A stretch of 64,000 nucleotides of DNA. Origin: a virus. The stretch covers positions 72,117 through 136,116 of IMG/VR virus record IMGVR_UViG_3300032132_000754. One strand, written 5' to 3'. Positions 1-9,400 of the stretch are shown in pieces. The notes below the pieces were generated by a model. That model was not told the origin of the DNA, made no database searches, and was given only the letters and a program-made list of their open reading frames with translations. Each line of letters starts with the position of its first letter. Position 1 is the stretch's first letter. Position numbers and translations under genes: made by a program.

Positions 1-345
1 GACCGAATATGGACTTCAGGGCAAGCCAAAATTGAAATCATCGGAAGAAATGCCGCTGAAAGTGGACAAGAATTAGATTTTATGATATGGGGAAATCCAA
101 CAACGCCATATCGGGTCAGATTTTTCTATGATATCGGAGATGAAGTAGCTACTATACCAGCTACGTTACGAGCAGCGTCGTTAATAGGTGGCGGAGCAAT
201 CTTCGGCGCGGATAGTGAAAGCGATTATGTTGATATAATCGGCGCTGATGGATTGATGTTATATAGCATAATCTGGGAAACAGTGCTCGATAGCGTCCCC
301 AAAAATCAAATTGCTACATTAATGCCGTCTATAAAGGAAATATAA
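1..345 (+). CDS. partial (5'-truncated) virion structural protein, paralog of the next gene
   Basis: Frame open from base 1 (DRIWTSGQAKIEIIGRNAAESGQELDF...RVRFFYDIGDEVATIPA...LMPSIKEI). It aligns by eye with the C-terminus of 345..1877 (ERIWSPGQVNAEILSRAAADNGQAFNF...KIRFWFDTDEEAATTPA...LMPTLEE). Confidence 0.75.
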   Translation, partial: DRIWTSGQAKIEIIGRNAAESGQELDFMIWGNPTTPYRVRFFYDIGDEVATIPATLRAASLIGGGAIFGADSESDYVDIIGADGLMLYSIIWETVLDSVPKNQIATLMPSIKEI

Positions 346-1877
346 TGTCACAAGTTCCAACATTATTAGTAATGAAAACTAGAGGTGTTGCTGGAAACCC
401 ACAAGTATTCCGTTTACACGGCGGAACAACTCTTATTCCGGTCGGTCCACCACTACCTACTGTAGTAGAAACACCAAGTACCTTCCAATCATCATCTACT
501 AATCGGGTAATCCAATTTGGAAGATATATTTATGCTACAGTCAGAACTGGTATTTATAGGCTTGACGAAGGTAATCCAACAGAAGGTGATGAAGTATGGA
601 ATTTAGTCCATACAATAAATGTTAATTCAGGTACTGGATATTCTCAACAATCCGGAATTCACATAGTTAACGTCGGAAAAACTCCGACGTTAGTTGTTGC
701 TTATCAATCGACTACTGACGATAAAGTACATATGTCAACATCGGCAGACGGTTTGGCGTGGACAAATAGTGGTCCTATGAACACTGGTGGAATTACTAAT
801 ACTACAGGTTGGTATAAAACAATAGTTTTTAGAAACAAATTATATATCACAACCAACAATTCTAACGTAGTTTACGACGTAATTGAAATTGATGTAATCA
901 ATAAAATCGCAACTTATCATAATGCCACATGGATGGCGGCGGCATCTACAGCTGGTGACTTTTGCGCATTCGATAATAGGTTATGGTTTATCAATTGGAC
1001 TACTAGCAGCGCTAATTCAAGTGTTGCAATCGGTGAATTTACTGATGGAACAATAGTAAATCGAGGGACTGTAGTAGGCGGAGGTGGACTTCCAGATAAT
1101 TCAGGGCAACATCAAAACGCTGGTAGTATGCTACTGTTTACAGACGGAACCGACATGTTCGCCATCATCCCAGGTGACAATGGTAGCGACATTGGCGGAA
1201 GCTATGCCTTTAGGTTTACTTTATCAGCTGGGCCTGGCAGTACATTGTCTATAAACGAAATTACAAGTACAACAATACCAGTATCATTACGCGCTATCCC
1301 GTTCCCCAGCAGCTTTTCTGATTATGAAGTACACTGGTTTTCATTTTTAGACAATTCTAATCCAAGTAACCCATATATACATTTATGGCATATGACAACA
1401 CAAAATTTATCATATGGCAAAACCACTCATTATTTATGGAATGGTCCAAGCACTTTAATTGGGAACCCACCAGGAACTGGGCGTATTGCTTTTTCGGCAG
1501 GCATTGCATTAGTACACACCAAAAACGGCGGCGGAGAACGAATTTGGTCACCAGGCCAAGTAAATGCTGAAATCTTAAGCAGAGCAGCAGCCGATAACGG
1601 CCAAGCATTCAATTTCAAAGTTAACAGCGGTGCTGGATCATTAGATAAAAAAATTCGTTTTTGGTTTGATACAGATGAAGAAGCTGCAACAACACCAGCC
1701 AGTATTAGACCGGGGTCTATTTCAGGGGGCAATGCCACTTTTGGAACAGACAGCATTGGTGATTATATCAATGTCGAAGCAGACGATACAACCGTGTATT
1801 GTTTTATTTGGGATACAGAATTAGATAATGTCGCAGCGGCAGATTCAACCTTATTAATGCCAACGTTAGAAGAGTAA
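345..1877 (+). CDS. putative virion structural protein, beta-propeller-like
   Basis: 510-aa ORF rich in T/S/G/N, with propeller-like repeats (FGRYIYA, FRNKLYI, FDNRLWF) and an Asp-box-like STSADGLAW. TAATG overlap with the upstream gene. Confidence 0.7.
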   Translation: MSQVPTLLVMKTRGVAGNPQVFRLHGGTTLIPVGPPLPTVVETPSTFQSSSTNRVIQFGRYIYATVRTGIYRLDEGNPTEGDEVWNLVHTINVNSGTGYSQQSGIHIVNVGKTPTLVVAYQSTTDDKVHMSTSADGLAWTNSGPMNTGGITNTTGWYKTIVFRNKLYITTNNSNVVYDVIEIDVINKIATYHNATWMAAASTAGDFCAFDNRLWFINWTTSSANSSVAIGEFTDGTIVNRGTVVGGGGLPDNSGQHQNAGSMLLFTDGTDMFAIIPGDNGSDIGGSYAFRFTLSAGPGSTLSINEITSTTIPVSLRAIPFPSSFSDYEVHWFSFLDNSNPSNPYIHLWHMTTQNLSYGKTTHYLWNGPSTLIGNPPGTGRIAFSAGIALVHTKNGGGERIWSPGQVNAEILSRAAADNGQAFNFKVNSGAGSLDKKIRFWFDTDEEAATTPASIRPGSISGGNATFGTDSIGDYINVEADDTTVYCFIWDTELDNVAAADSTLLMPTLEE

Positions 1878-1878
1878 T

Positions 1879-2802
1879 ATGGGCTCTAATTTCACTCACG
1901 TAGTATTAACTTTAGATGAAAGAAAATCCGGAAACGGACCAAACTACCCACATTCTATAGACGTAGATTTTGAAAAAACAGGGTCAGGATCTAATTGGGT
2001 ACATATCATAGATATACTAGACGAGCGAAAAATTGGTCCAGGACCAAATTATCCACATATTATCGATACTTTAGAACTGAGAAAAATTGGTCCAGGACCA
2101 AATTATCCACATACTATCGATACGGGATTCGACAAAATAGGTGCCGGTGCTAATTTCGTCCACTTGGTTGACACTATTTCTGGTGCGGTTGCAGTAATAG
2201 AATTCGATACAACTGCAGAGTTAATGATAGATATCAACAGGACGTTCGATGCCAACGTCGAATTTGATGTAGAATCTACAGTAATAAAACAAATTCATGC
2301 AACAGCTGAGAACACCATTGAATTCGATTCAGAAGTCGAAAAATTGCAAGGATATGCAGTTGAAGCGGAAAACACCATCGAATTCGACAGCGAAGCGGAA
2401 CGAGCATCTGCAAGTTTTGTAAAAATTGTCGAAAATACCGTAGAATTCGGAGCATCATCAGAAAGTGTAAGAGTTTTCTGCAAAATAGCAGAAAACGTTA
2501 TTGAATTCGACTCCGAAGCTAGTACAGGACAGAAATTCCTAGTAGAAGCAATAAATTCAATTGCTTTTGATAGTGAAGGATTTAAAGCTAGAAGTCAAGC
2601 GGAGTTAATACGCACTAGACAGACTAGGCTTGTAAACATCAAAAATCTGAGCAGTTCAATCGTAACTCTAATTCTTGTAAAAAGTCGCGGTCAGCTGAAA
2701 ATAATTCCTGGTGAATCTGAGATTGTACCGCTAGATGAATTAGATTTTGGACAGGTTGCTCGTCTAAGAGGGAAATATATCATTTCCGTGGACAAAATTT
2801 AA
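1879..2802 (+). CDS. repeat-containing putative structural protein
   Basis: 307 aa with ~19-aa repeats (LDERKIGPGPNYPHIID) followed by ~21-aa repeats (AENTIEFDSE). Confidence 0.7.
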   Translation: MGSNFTHVVLTLDERKSGNGPNYPHSIDVDFEKTGSGSNWVHIIDILDERKIGPGPNYPHIIDTLELRKIGPGPNYPHTIDTGFDKIGAGANFVHLVDTISGAVAVIEFDTTAELMIDINRTFDANVEFDVESTVIKQIHATAENTIEFDSEVEKLQGYAVEAENTIEFDSEAERASASFVKIVENTVEFGASSESVRVFCKIAENVIEFDSEASTGQKFLVEAINSIAFDSEGFKARSQAELIRTRQTRLVNIKNLSSSIVTLILVKSRGQLKIIPGESEIVPLDELDFGQVARLRGKYIISVDKI

Positions 2803-2993
2803 CCAGACCATTCTGCGTCATCTAACGTATGCTTAGACCCACAAGCGCCACATTCGACATTTGTATAATTTGGAGCGGCAGCAGCCCATGCATCCCTGAA
2901 TGTGTCTTCATCAACGCCAGCAGTATTCTTAGCTTCGAACAGAACGTTGTTCGGAGGAGGGCAAGTCTTGCAACAAACAGTAAATTTAATCAT
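2799..2993 (-). CDS. small CxxC...CxxCG-x2-H zinc-finger protein
   Basis: 64 aa, CKTC...W...CGACGSKH. Resembles the N-terminus of 44697..45185. Confidence 0.65.
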   Translation of the reverse strand: MIKFTVCCKTCPPPNNVLFEAKNTAGVDEDTFRDAWAAAAPNYTNVECGACGSKHTLDDAEWSG

Positions 2994-2995
2994 AA

Positions 2996-4081
2996 TTATG
3001 CCTGAACTACAGAAGCAATACCAATTTCGCTAGCGCCGCCACCACCGCCAGTTCCGCCAGCCGACGCTCCACCCGCCGCTCCACCGCCTGCTCCCCCAAG
3101 GCCACTAGAGCCAGCATTAGCAGAAATAGTGCCATTATTTGTTAGTGTTCCACGATGTTGAACATAAATTCTGCCACCAGCGCCTGCTGTACCACCAGCA
3201 CCACCGCCCGCAGCGCCTTGTAAAGAAGCAGCACCCGCGCCGCCATTGCCACCGTTAGCAGAGATTCTAGCACCACCACCAACCAAGATATTTCCGCCAA
3301 CGAAAATGTCCATAGCGCCGCCACCAGCGCCGCCACCGCCGCCACCAGGACTACCAAATGCAGGATCTGGAACATGTGTTCCTGGAGATCCGTGACCTAC
3401 AGCAGCACCAGTTTGTGCTCCAGCAGCACCGCCTACACCAGCTATACCTCCTGGAGGACCAGAACCGCCACCGCCACCGCCAGGGCCACCAGCACCATAT
3501 GTATAAATAAGAGGTTCAACACCACCACCAAGAACTAACCTTCTTGGTGTGAAAAAAGTGGATGTACGCAATGCTGGATCTAATGGAGAAGCCGATGATC
3601 CAGCTCCACCCATGCCGCCGCCATCCAGAGCAGTTCCTCGATTTAAACCGCTCTGTCCAGCACCACCGGCATTTCCTGGCGGTGATCCGCCACCGCCGCC
3701 GACGCCACTTCCTCCGGAAGCAGTAACTCCAAAAGCAGAATCGCTCTGCCCAATAAATCCTGGAAAACCAACGCCGGAAACATTGCCATTTCCACCAGCG
3801 CCAGCAGCACCACCGCGACCATCAGCATGTAATGCACCATTTACGGTTAGGTCAACAATACAACGCACAATCAACAAATCTGTGGCAGTCGGCGCTAATA
3901 CGCCACCAACATCAATTATGAGACTATTATAATTCTGATCACCAGAAGTTTCAACAATAGAAGGGCTTGGGATCGTAACATCGCCTAGAACACCAGTGCC
4001 ATAGTCCGGGTTGGTAGAAGCAGAAGCATTGGCACTAATAGCGTCAACAATGCTTTGTCCTTTAACAATCGCTCTTGACAT
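2996..4081 (-). CDS. glycine-rich virion/fibre protein
   Basis: Long GGxGG runs. The ATG at 4081 is preceded by AGAGGA; the ORF-track GTG at 4111 lies inside the tRNA. Confidence 0.75.
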   Translation of the reverse strand: MSRAIVKGQSIVDAISANASASTNPDYGTGVLGDVTIPSPSIVETSGDQNYNSLIIDVGGVLAPTATDLLIVRCIVDLTVNGALHADGRGGAAGAGGNGNVSGVGFPGFIGQSDSAFGVTASGGSGVGGGGGSPPGNAGGAGQSGLNRGTALDGGGMGGAGSSASPLDPALRTSTFFTPRRLVLGGGVEPLIYTYGAGGPGGGGGGSGPPGGIAGVGGAAGAQTGAAVGHGSPGTHVPDPAFGSPGGGGGGAGGGAMDIFVGGNILVGGGARISANGGNGGAGAASLQGAAGGGAGGTAGAGGRIYVQHRGTLTNNGTISANAGSSGLGGAGGGAAGGASAGGTGGGGGASEIGIASVVQA

Positions 4082-4102
4082 GAGTCCTCTATGAGAATAT
4101 GA

Positions 4103-4175
4103 AGCGGACACCGGGAGTCGAACCCGGACCGTCAGATTGGAAATCTGTCATGCTGCCGTTAAACACCATGTCCGC
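4103..4175 (-). tRNA. tRNA-Gly (TCC)
   Basis: Reverse complement is GCGGACA-TG-GTGT TTAACGGC AGCAT...CAGA TT TCC AA TCTG...CCGGG TTCGACT CCCGG TGTCCGC T. It has acceptor stem, T-arm and U73 discriminator; CCA is not encoded. Confidence 0.92.
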
Positions 4176-4187
4176 AGGTTGGGGAAA

Positions 4188-4340
4188 TTATTCCCCAGTT
4201 TCAGTAGTAACCGGAGCTACTTCCTGTGTCTTAACAGTATCTTTTACTAACGTAACAACGTCAGCACCAAAAAAATAAGTCAGAGCGCTCAAAGCGAGAG
4301 CAACACCGACACCAACTAAAGTCTTCTTATCAAGTTTCAT
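4188..4340 (-). CDS. 50-aa single-pass membrane protein (not in ORF track)
   Basis: MKLDKKTLVGVGVALALSALTYFFGADVVTLVKDTVKTQEVAPVTTETGE*, with GGAGAG upstream. It fills the gap between the two tRNAs. Confidence 0.65.
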   Translation of the reverse strand: MKLDKKTLVGVGVALALSALTYFFGADVVTLVKDTVKTQEVAPVTTETGE

Positions 4341-4357
4341 AATAACTTAACTCTCCA

Positions 4358-4429
4358 AGCGGCACATGGGATTCGAACCCATAACCTTCACGTTGGCAAC
4401 GTGACGTTCTGCCATTGAACTAGTGCCGC
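4358..4429 (-). tRNA. tRNA-Gly (GCC)
   Basis: Reverse complement is GCGGCAC TA GTTC AATGGCA GAAC G TCACG TT GCC AA CGTGA AGGTT ATGGG TTCGAAT CCCAT GTGCCGC T. Clean cloverleaf; CCA is not encoded. Confidence 0.95.
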
Positions 4430-4514
4430 GCAAGTGTTTAAAGTCTCTCCAGACCTTTGGGGGCCGACAAATGCCGACGCCATCCACCAGTGTAAGTTTG
4501 AAACCATTCCAGGG

Positions 4515-4748
4515 TTATAGCATCCTTCTATTTTTCATCTTAGGAATCTTACCATGCATAAGCTCGGCATAACAATCCCTACAATGTTGCGCAAATTTCG
4601 GCTTCCCCGAATGATGTACGACTTTAGCAGGATCACCACATGAAATACACTTTGGGCGACCCGAACACTCATCTGGATCAAGATAGGCGTACTGGTCGGA
4701 TTCTTCATTTTTTGAAGTTTCCGGTTGAACAGGAGACGTCATAAACAT
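4515..4748 (-). CDS. hypothetical zinc-ribbon protein
   Basis: 77 aa with CISC...CRDC. Confidence 0.55.
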   Translation of the reverse strand: MFMTSPVQPETSKNEESDQYAYLDPDECSGRPKCISCGDPAKVVHHSGKPKFAQHCRDCYAELMHGKIPKMKNRRML

Positions 4749-4779
4749 CCTTCAGTATTTGAGAATTAGAGGACACCAT

Positions 4780-6441
4780 ATGTACGATCTGAACTTGCTT
4801 TCTGAACATTTTCCCTTCGAGGAATTCCGTCCTGGCCAACGAGAATGTATAGAGTCCATTCTTGAAGCCTTCGACAAAGGGAAAAGATTCGTGTTATTAG
4901 AAGCTCCTACCGGATCAGGAAAATCAGCAATCGGACTGACCGTTGCTAAGTACTTCGAAGACGCATATTATCTAACTATCCAAAAAATTCTGCAAGACCA
5001 ACTTGCCAACGAATTTGAAAACGATAAAATTAAATGCCTCAAAGGCAGAAACGCCTACCGTTGCAATTACTGGGAGACATATATGGAAAAATATATGTCT
5101 GATCCGGCTAAAATGAAACAAATGGAGGTCGACGCCAAAGATCCCGAAATCCACAAAACGATGGCCAACCCCCATTTGCCAGCCAGTGCTGGCGTATGCA
5201 TGGTAAAAGAACGTCGTAGCAAATCGGATCTCTGTTTTCCAAAAGGCAGTAGCGACTTAAAATCCAGCTTGTGCGACTATTGGAAAGCCGTTGGTCATTC
5301 AATGTCGTCGCACACCTGCATCATGAATTTCCACTCGTTCCTATATCAAACATCGGTGACTGATAGGTTCAAACCACGGAAAATGCTGATCATAGACGAA
5401 GCTCATAACTCAGAGCCTCAACTAATGGACTTCGTATCATTGACTCTAACAGACAGAGCCTTGCGAAAAGAAGGGGTTAAAATCCCAGAATTCGACACAG
5501 CAGAAGAATATGCCAAGTACTTTACTGATATTCGCCTGCCAGAAAAAATCGAAGACATGGTCCGATTGGCTCACGTCACAAGAGATTTTAAGAAAGCAGA
5601 AGAATGGAAGAAAGTTCTATTGCAATACAAAATTTTCCTCAATAACTTCGAATCCGGAGATTGGATCCCAAACTGGGAAGATAGAGGGTATTACCGGCGA
5701 GTGACTCTAAAGCCAATTTATGTAAACAAGCACGCTCAGTCCTATTTGTTCGGCTTCGGAGAAAAAGTTCTTATGATGAGCGCAACAGTGCTACAACCGA
5801 AAATTATCTATGATTCATTGGGAATCGACCCTAAAGAAGCTTTTGCTTATAGAATGAAAAACAGATTCCCAGCTGAAAACCGTCCGATCTATTTCCAACC
5901 AGCGGGTAGCATGGCATATCGGAATAAACGAGAGACGATGCCAAAACTTCTCGACTCGATCGAGTCGATCTGTGCTAACTATTCTGATAAAAAAGGAATT
6001 ATTCATACGCACAACTTCGAAATTTCGAAGTACATCATTCAAAACGGCAGTAAAGCACTAAAAAAGAGAATCTTCTTCCAAGAAAATTATTTCTCCAAGG
6101 AAGAAATGCTTAAAAAACACGCTAAATCAGAAGATGGTATCATTGTCGCACCAGCTATGCACGAAGGGCTTGATTTAAAAGATGATCTTTCCAGATTTCA
6201 GATCATCTGCAAAGTCCCATATCCATCGTTCCAAGACAACGAACAATTAAAAATTAGAATGCAGTTATCGCAAGATTATTATAATTGGTTGACTGCCCTA
6301 AAGATTGTACAATCATATGGCCGAAGCATTAGAAGTACAGAAGACTGGGCAGATACTTATATCTTAGACGAAGATTTTAGTCGTTTTAAGAGAAACTGCA
6401 TGAAACTTCTGCCAAAATGGTTCTTAGAAGTTATCCAGTAA
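4780..6441 (+). CDS. DinG/XPD(Rad3)-family SF2 helicase
   Basis: Q motif FRPGQ, Walker A EAPTGSGKS, LKGRNAY-C, DEAH, MSAT, EGLDL..D..RFQIICKVPYP, QSYGRSIRS.EDW. Four Cys lie in the Fe-S region. ATG 4780 follows AGAGGA. Confidence 0.92.
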   Translation: MYDLNLLSEHFPFEEFRPGQRECIESILEAFDKGKRFVLLEAPTGSGKSAIGLTVAKYFEDAYYLTIQKILQDQLANEFENDKIKCLKGRNAYRCNYWETYMEKYMSDPAKMKQMEVDAKDPEIHKTMANPHLPASAGVCMVKERRSKSDLCFPKGSSDLKSSLCDYWKAVGHSMSSHTCIMNFHSFLYQTSVTDRFKPRKMLIIDEAHNSEPQLMDFVSLTLTDRALRKEGVKIPEFDTAEEYAKYFTDIRLPEKIEDMVRLAHVTRDFKKAEEWKKVLLQYKIFLNNFESGDWIPNWEDRGYYRRVTLKPIYVNKHAQSYLFGFGEKVLMMSATVLQPKIIYDSLGIDPKEAFAYRMKNRFPAENRPIYFQPAGSMAYRNKRETMPKLLDSIESICANYSDKKGIIHTHNFEISKYIIQNGSKALKKRIFFQENYFSKEEMLKKHAKSEDGIIVAPAMHEGLDLKDDLSRFQIICKVPYPSFQDNEQLKIRMQLSQDYYNWLTALKIVQSYGRSIRSTEDWADTYILDEDFSRFKRNCMKLLPKWFLEVIQ

Positions 6442-6442
6442 T

Positions 6443-9400
6443 TTAATATGCAACACCCAGCGGTGCAGTGATATCAAATCCGTTGCCGAATTCCATAGTA
6501 AACGTACAAGTTCCAGTACCCACAACGCAGTTTGTAATGTCGACAGTGTGTGCTCCAGGGCCGATTGGTGTACCATCGCCCTGTCTTGTAATCATTAAGC
6601 CAACTGGAATGTTGAATCTAAGTCCAACCTCAGTACCATCAGAAGCCGTCCATGTAATGCCAGTTTCAGAAGCTAATGAGAATGCCGATCCATCGCCACC
6701 ACCAAATTCGAAGTTCATAACTGCATCATCTGGAATAGTGAAATCTGTGGTAAATGTGAACCGGAAAGATCCAACTGCTGGAGTATCTCCGGCAACTGCC
6801 GATACGGTGAATGTACCCTGAACGAAAGTAACTGATGCGTTGGCGGTTGGGGAAAACGTTCCGTTAGTAAAACCGTTGACAGTCTTAACGCCAGGAGTCT
6901 GCGAAACCATACCCAAAACAACTTGGCCTGAAGCGTTGGTGTTTTGAATACCAGACGGTGTGAACGTATTGTTTAGACCAGTCGAGAATGTATCGACCAG
7001 CATGTCCGGAGTTGGGTTGCCATTCGCATCGACCAAAGTAATAGTGACGGTCTTAGAATCGGTTTCATCTGTAATGACAGTCCCAGCGGGCGCGGCGACT
7101 GAAGAACCAGCATCGACAGGGGCACCAGCATGGAAATCGGCCATTGATACGTCTGTAACAGCACCAAACCCGCTAGTTACATTGGCCGAAAAAGTTCTTG
7201 TGACGGCGGCTCCACCTGGGGCAGAACCGGTCTGAGTTGTTGAGATAGTGAACGTTGCTTCCCCGGCAGCATTTGTTACTGCTGGTGCAGAAACAGTATC
7301 TGCGCCTACTGAAGAAGATAATGATACCGTTTCGCCAGCTACCGGATTACCATGAGTATCTCCGACAACAACAGTAACACTATGAGTCTGGACACCATCG
7401 GCTACAACGGCGACCATAACTCCGGAAGAAATATCTGGTTTAGCACCTGCACCACCAGCTTCCCAAGTAGCCATATCAGTAGAATCAACAGCAATCAACA
7501 TCTCGGGCAATCCAGCGCCATCAGGCGTGCCAAGATCAGAAATGATACCAGATGCTGTCGCTACCTTAGTACCATGACCACAACCTCCCGGAAGCGGATC
7601 TAGAACATTAGTACCATCTAAAAGATCTGTAGTACCATGCCAGTGATCAAAAGCACAAGCGTCTGGAGGAGAAATGCTCATAAATGGATTTCTACCTAAA
7701 TCAAATTCGCCATAATTGAATGGGGCGTAATTCCCGCCAATCTGAATAACCGGAACCAAAATGATACTTCCACCCGTGCTTGGAATTGCGGAGGTCACAG
7801 AAGTACCGCCATCAACAGCTACATCCGGCAACGAAGTCGGGCTAAAGGTATCGGATGTTGCACCACCAGAGACACTAGCCTCAATAGTAGGTTGGTTACT
7901 AACCAGATTGTCTAAAGTTAAGTTATTGGTAGCAATACTGGATCCGTTAGTAACGGAAGTTGCACTATCCAAAACAGCCACGCCGCCAGTTACAGCCCAA
8001 TCTACTGTTTCTCCAGAACCCACAGGGTTACCAAACTGGTCTGTAACAAAAACACCCATGGCTGATCCAAGAGCACCACCAACAACTGCTGATTGGCCAG
8101 TTCCACTACTAGTCGCGACATTATCCGGAACATCCGGTAGGGGAACTAGCGAGGTAAATTCGTAAGTACTAACGCCACCACTTACACTAGCCTCGACATC
8201 CGGCGCGTTACTAACCAAGTTATCTAAAGTTAAGTTATTTTCCGCGATTCCAAAAATGTCTGTGACCGATGTAGCACCGTCTAGAACAGCCGCACCATTC
8301 GTGACAGCCCAATCAACAGTATGCCCAGATCCAACAGCATTCATAAATTGGTCTCGAATAAACACTCTCATATCAGAGAAGAGAGCACCACCAACGGTAC
8401 CACCATTGCTATCTCCAGTTAGCAGCGCGACATTGACTGGAACATCTGGCGTTCCAGTAGCTGGGAAACCGACTGAGCCAGCAACTGGGAAGCCGCTAAC
8501 GGTAGCCTGTAAGAAGTTAGACCCTGTCACTGTACCCAATTGCCAATCAGCAATCGAGGCAATACCAAAACCATTAGTGAGGGAAGAAGCTGTTACACTA
8601 CCACCGCCCATGGTAACATTCCAAAGAACTGTAGCGCCAACAACGGGCAATAGCCCAGCATCAACAACAAGAACTTCTAACGCGATACCAGGAATTTGGT
8701 TAACCACCTGCATCTGACCACTGCCAGCAACAAGGCTGATATTATCAGGCGTTCCAGTCATGGGAGTTGCGGTCGCCGTAAAGCCAACATCTGGTAGCGC
8801 CCCGAAAGACGCTTCAGCAGTTCCAGGACCAACACCAGCACCCATAGTCCAAGTAGCAGAAGCTTCGCCCATCGAGTTTGTCAATGACGATGGCGTAATA
8901 CTACCAGCCCCACCACTTACTGCCCAATTAACAGATTCTCCAACATTATAGTTCCCAAAAGTATCCATCAATCGAACTACTAACGGGGATCCGAGGGCAA
9001 CAGAAACCTGTGCGGACTGCCCATCACCGCTGACCAAAACCATAGAAGTCGGAACGTCCGGATCTCCAGTGGCTGTGAAACCAACGGATCCAGATAGAGG
9101 GAAACCACTTACAGTAGCTTCCAAAGTGTTAGAACCAGAAGCAGTACCTAACTGCCAATCTGCAATCGAAGCGATTCCAAAACCATTGGTTAGGGAAGAA
9201 GCTGTAACGCTACCGCCACCGCCAGTTACGCCCCAAAGGACCGTAGCACCAACGACAGGGTTCAACGCACCATCGACTACAAGAACTTCTAACGCAGTGC
9301 CAGGAATCTGATTAACGGTCTGAGACTGCCCATCACCGCTAATGAGACTAATATCATCGGGAACACCGATCGCCGGGGTAGCAGTCGATGTGGCTTGAAT

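Noticed and set aside
4430-4514. Third tRNA upstream of tRNA-Gly(GCC)
   Set aside because: Only a short hairpin; no T-loop (TTCG) or acceptor stem.
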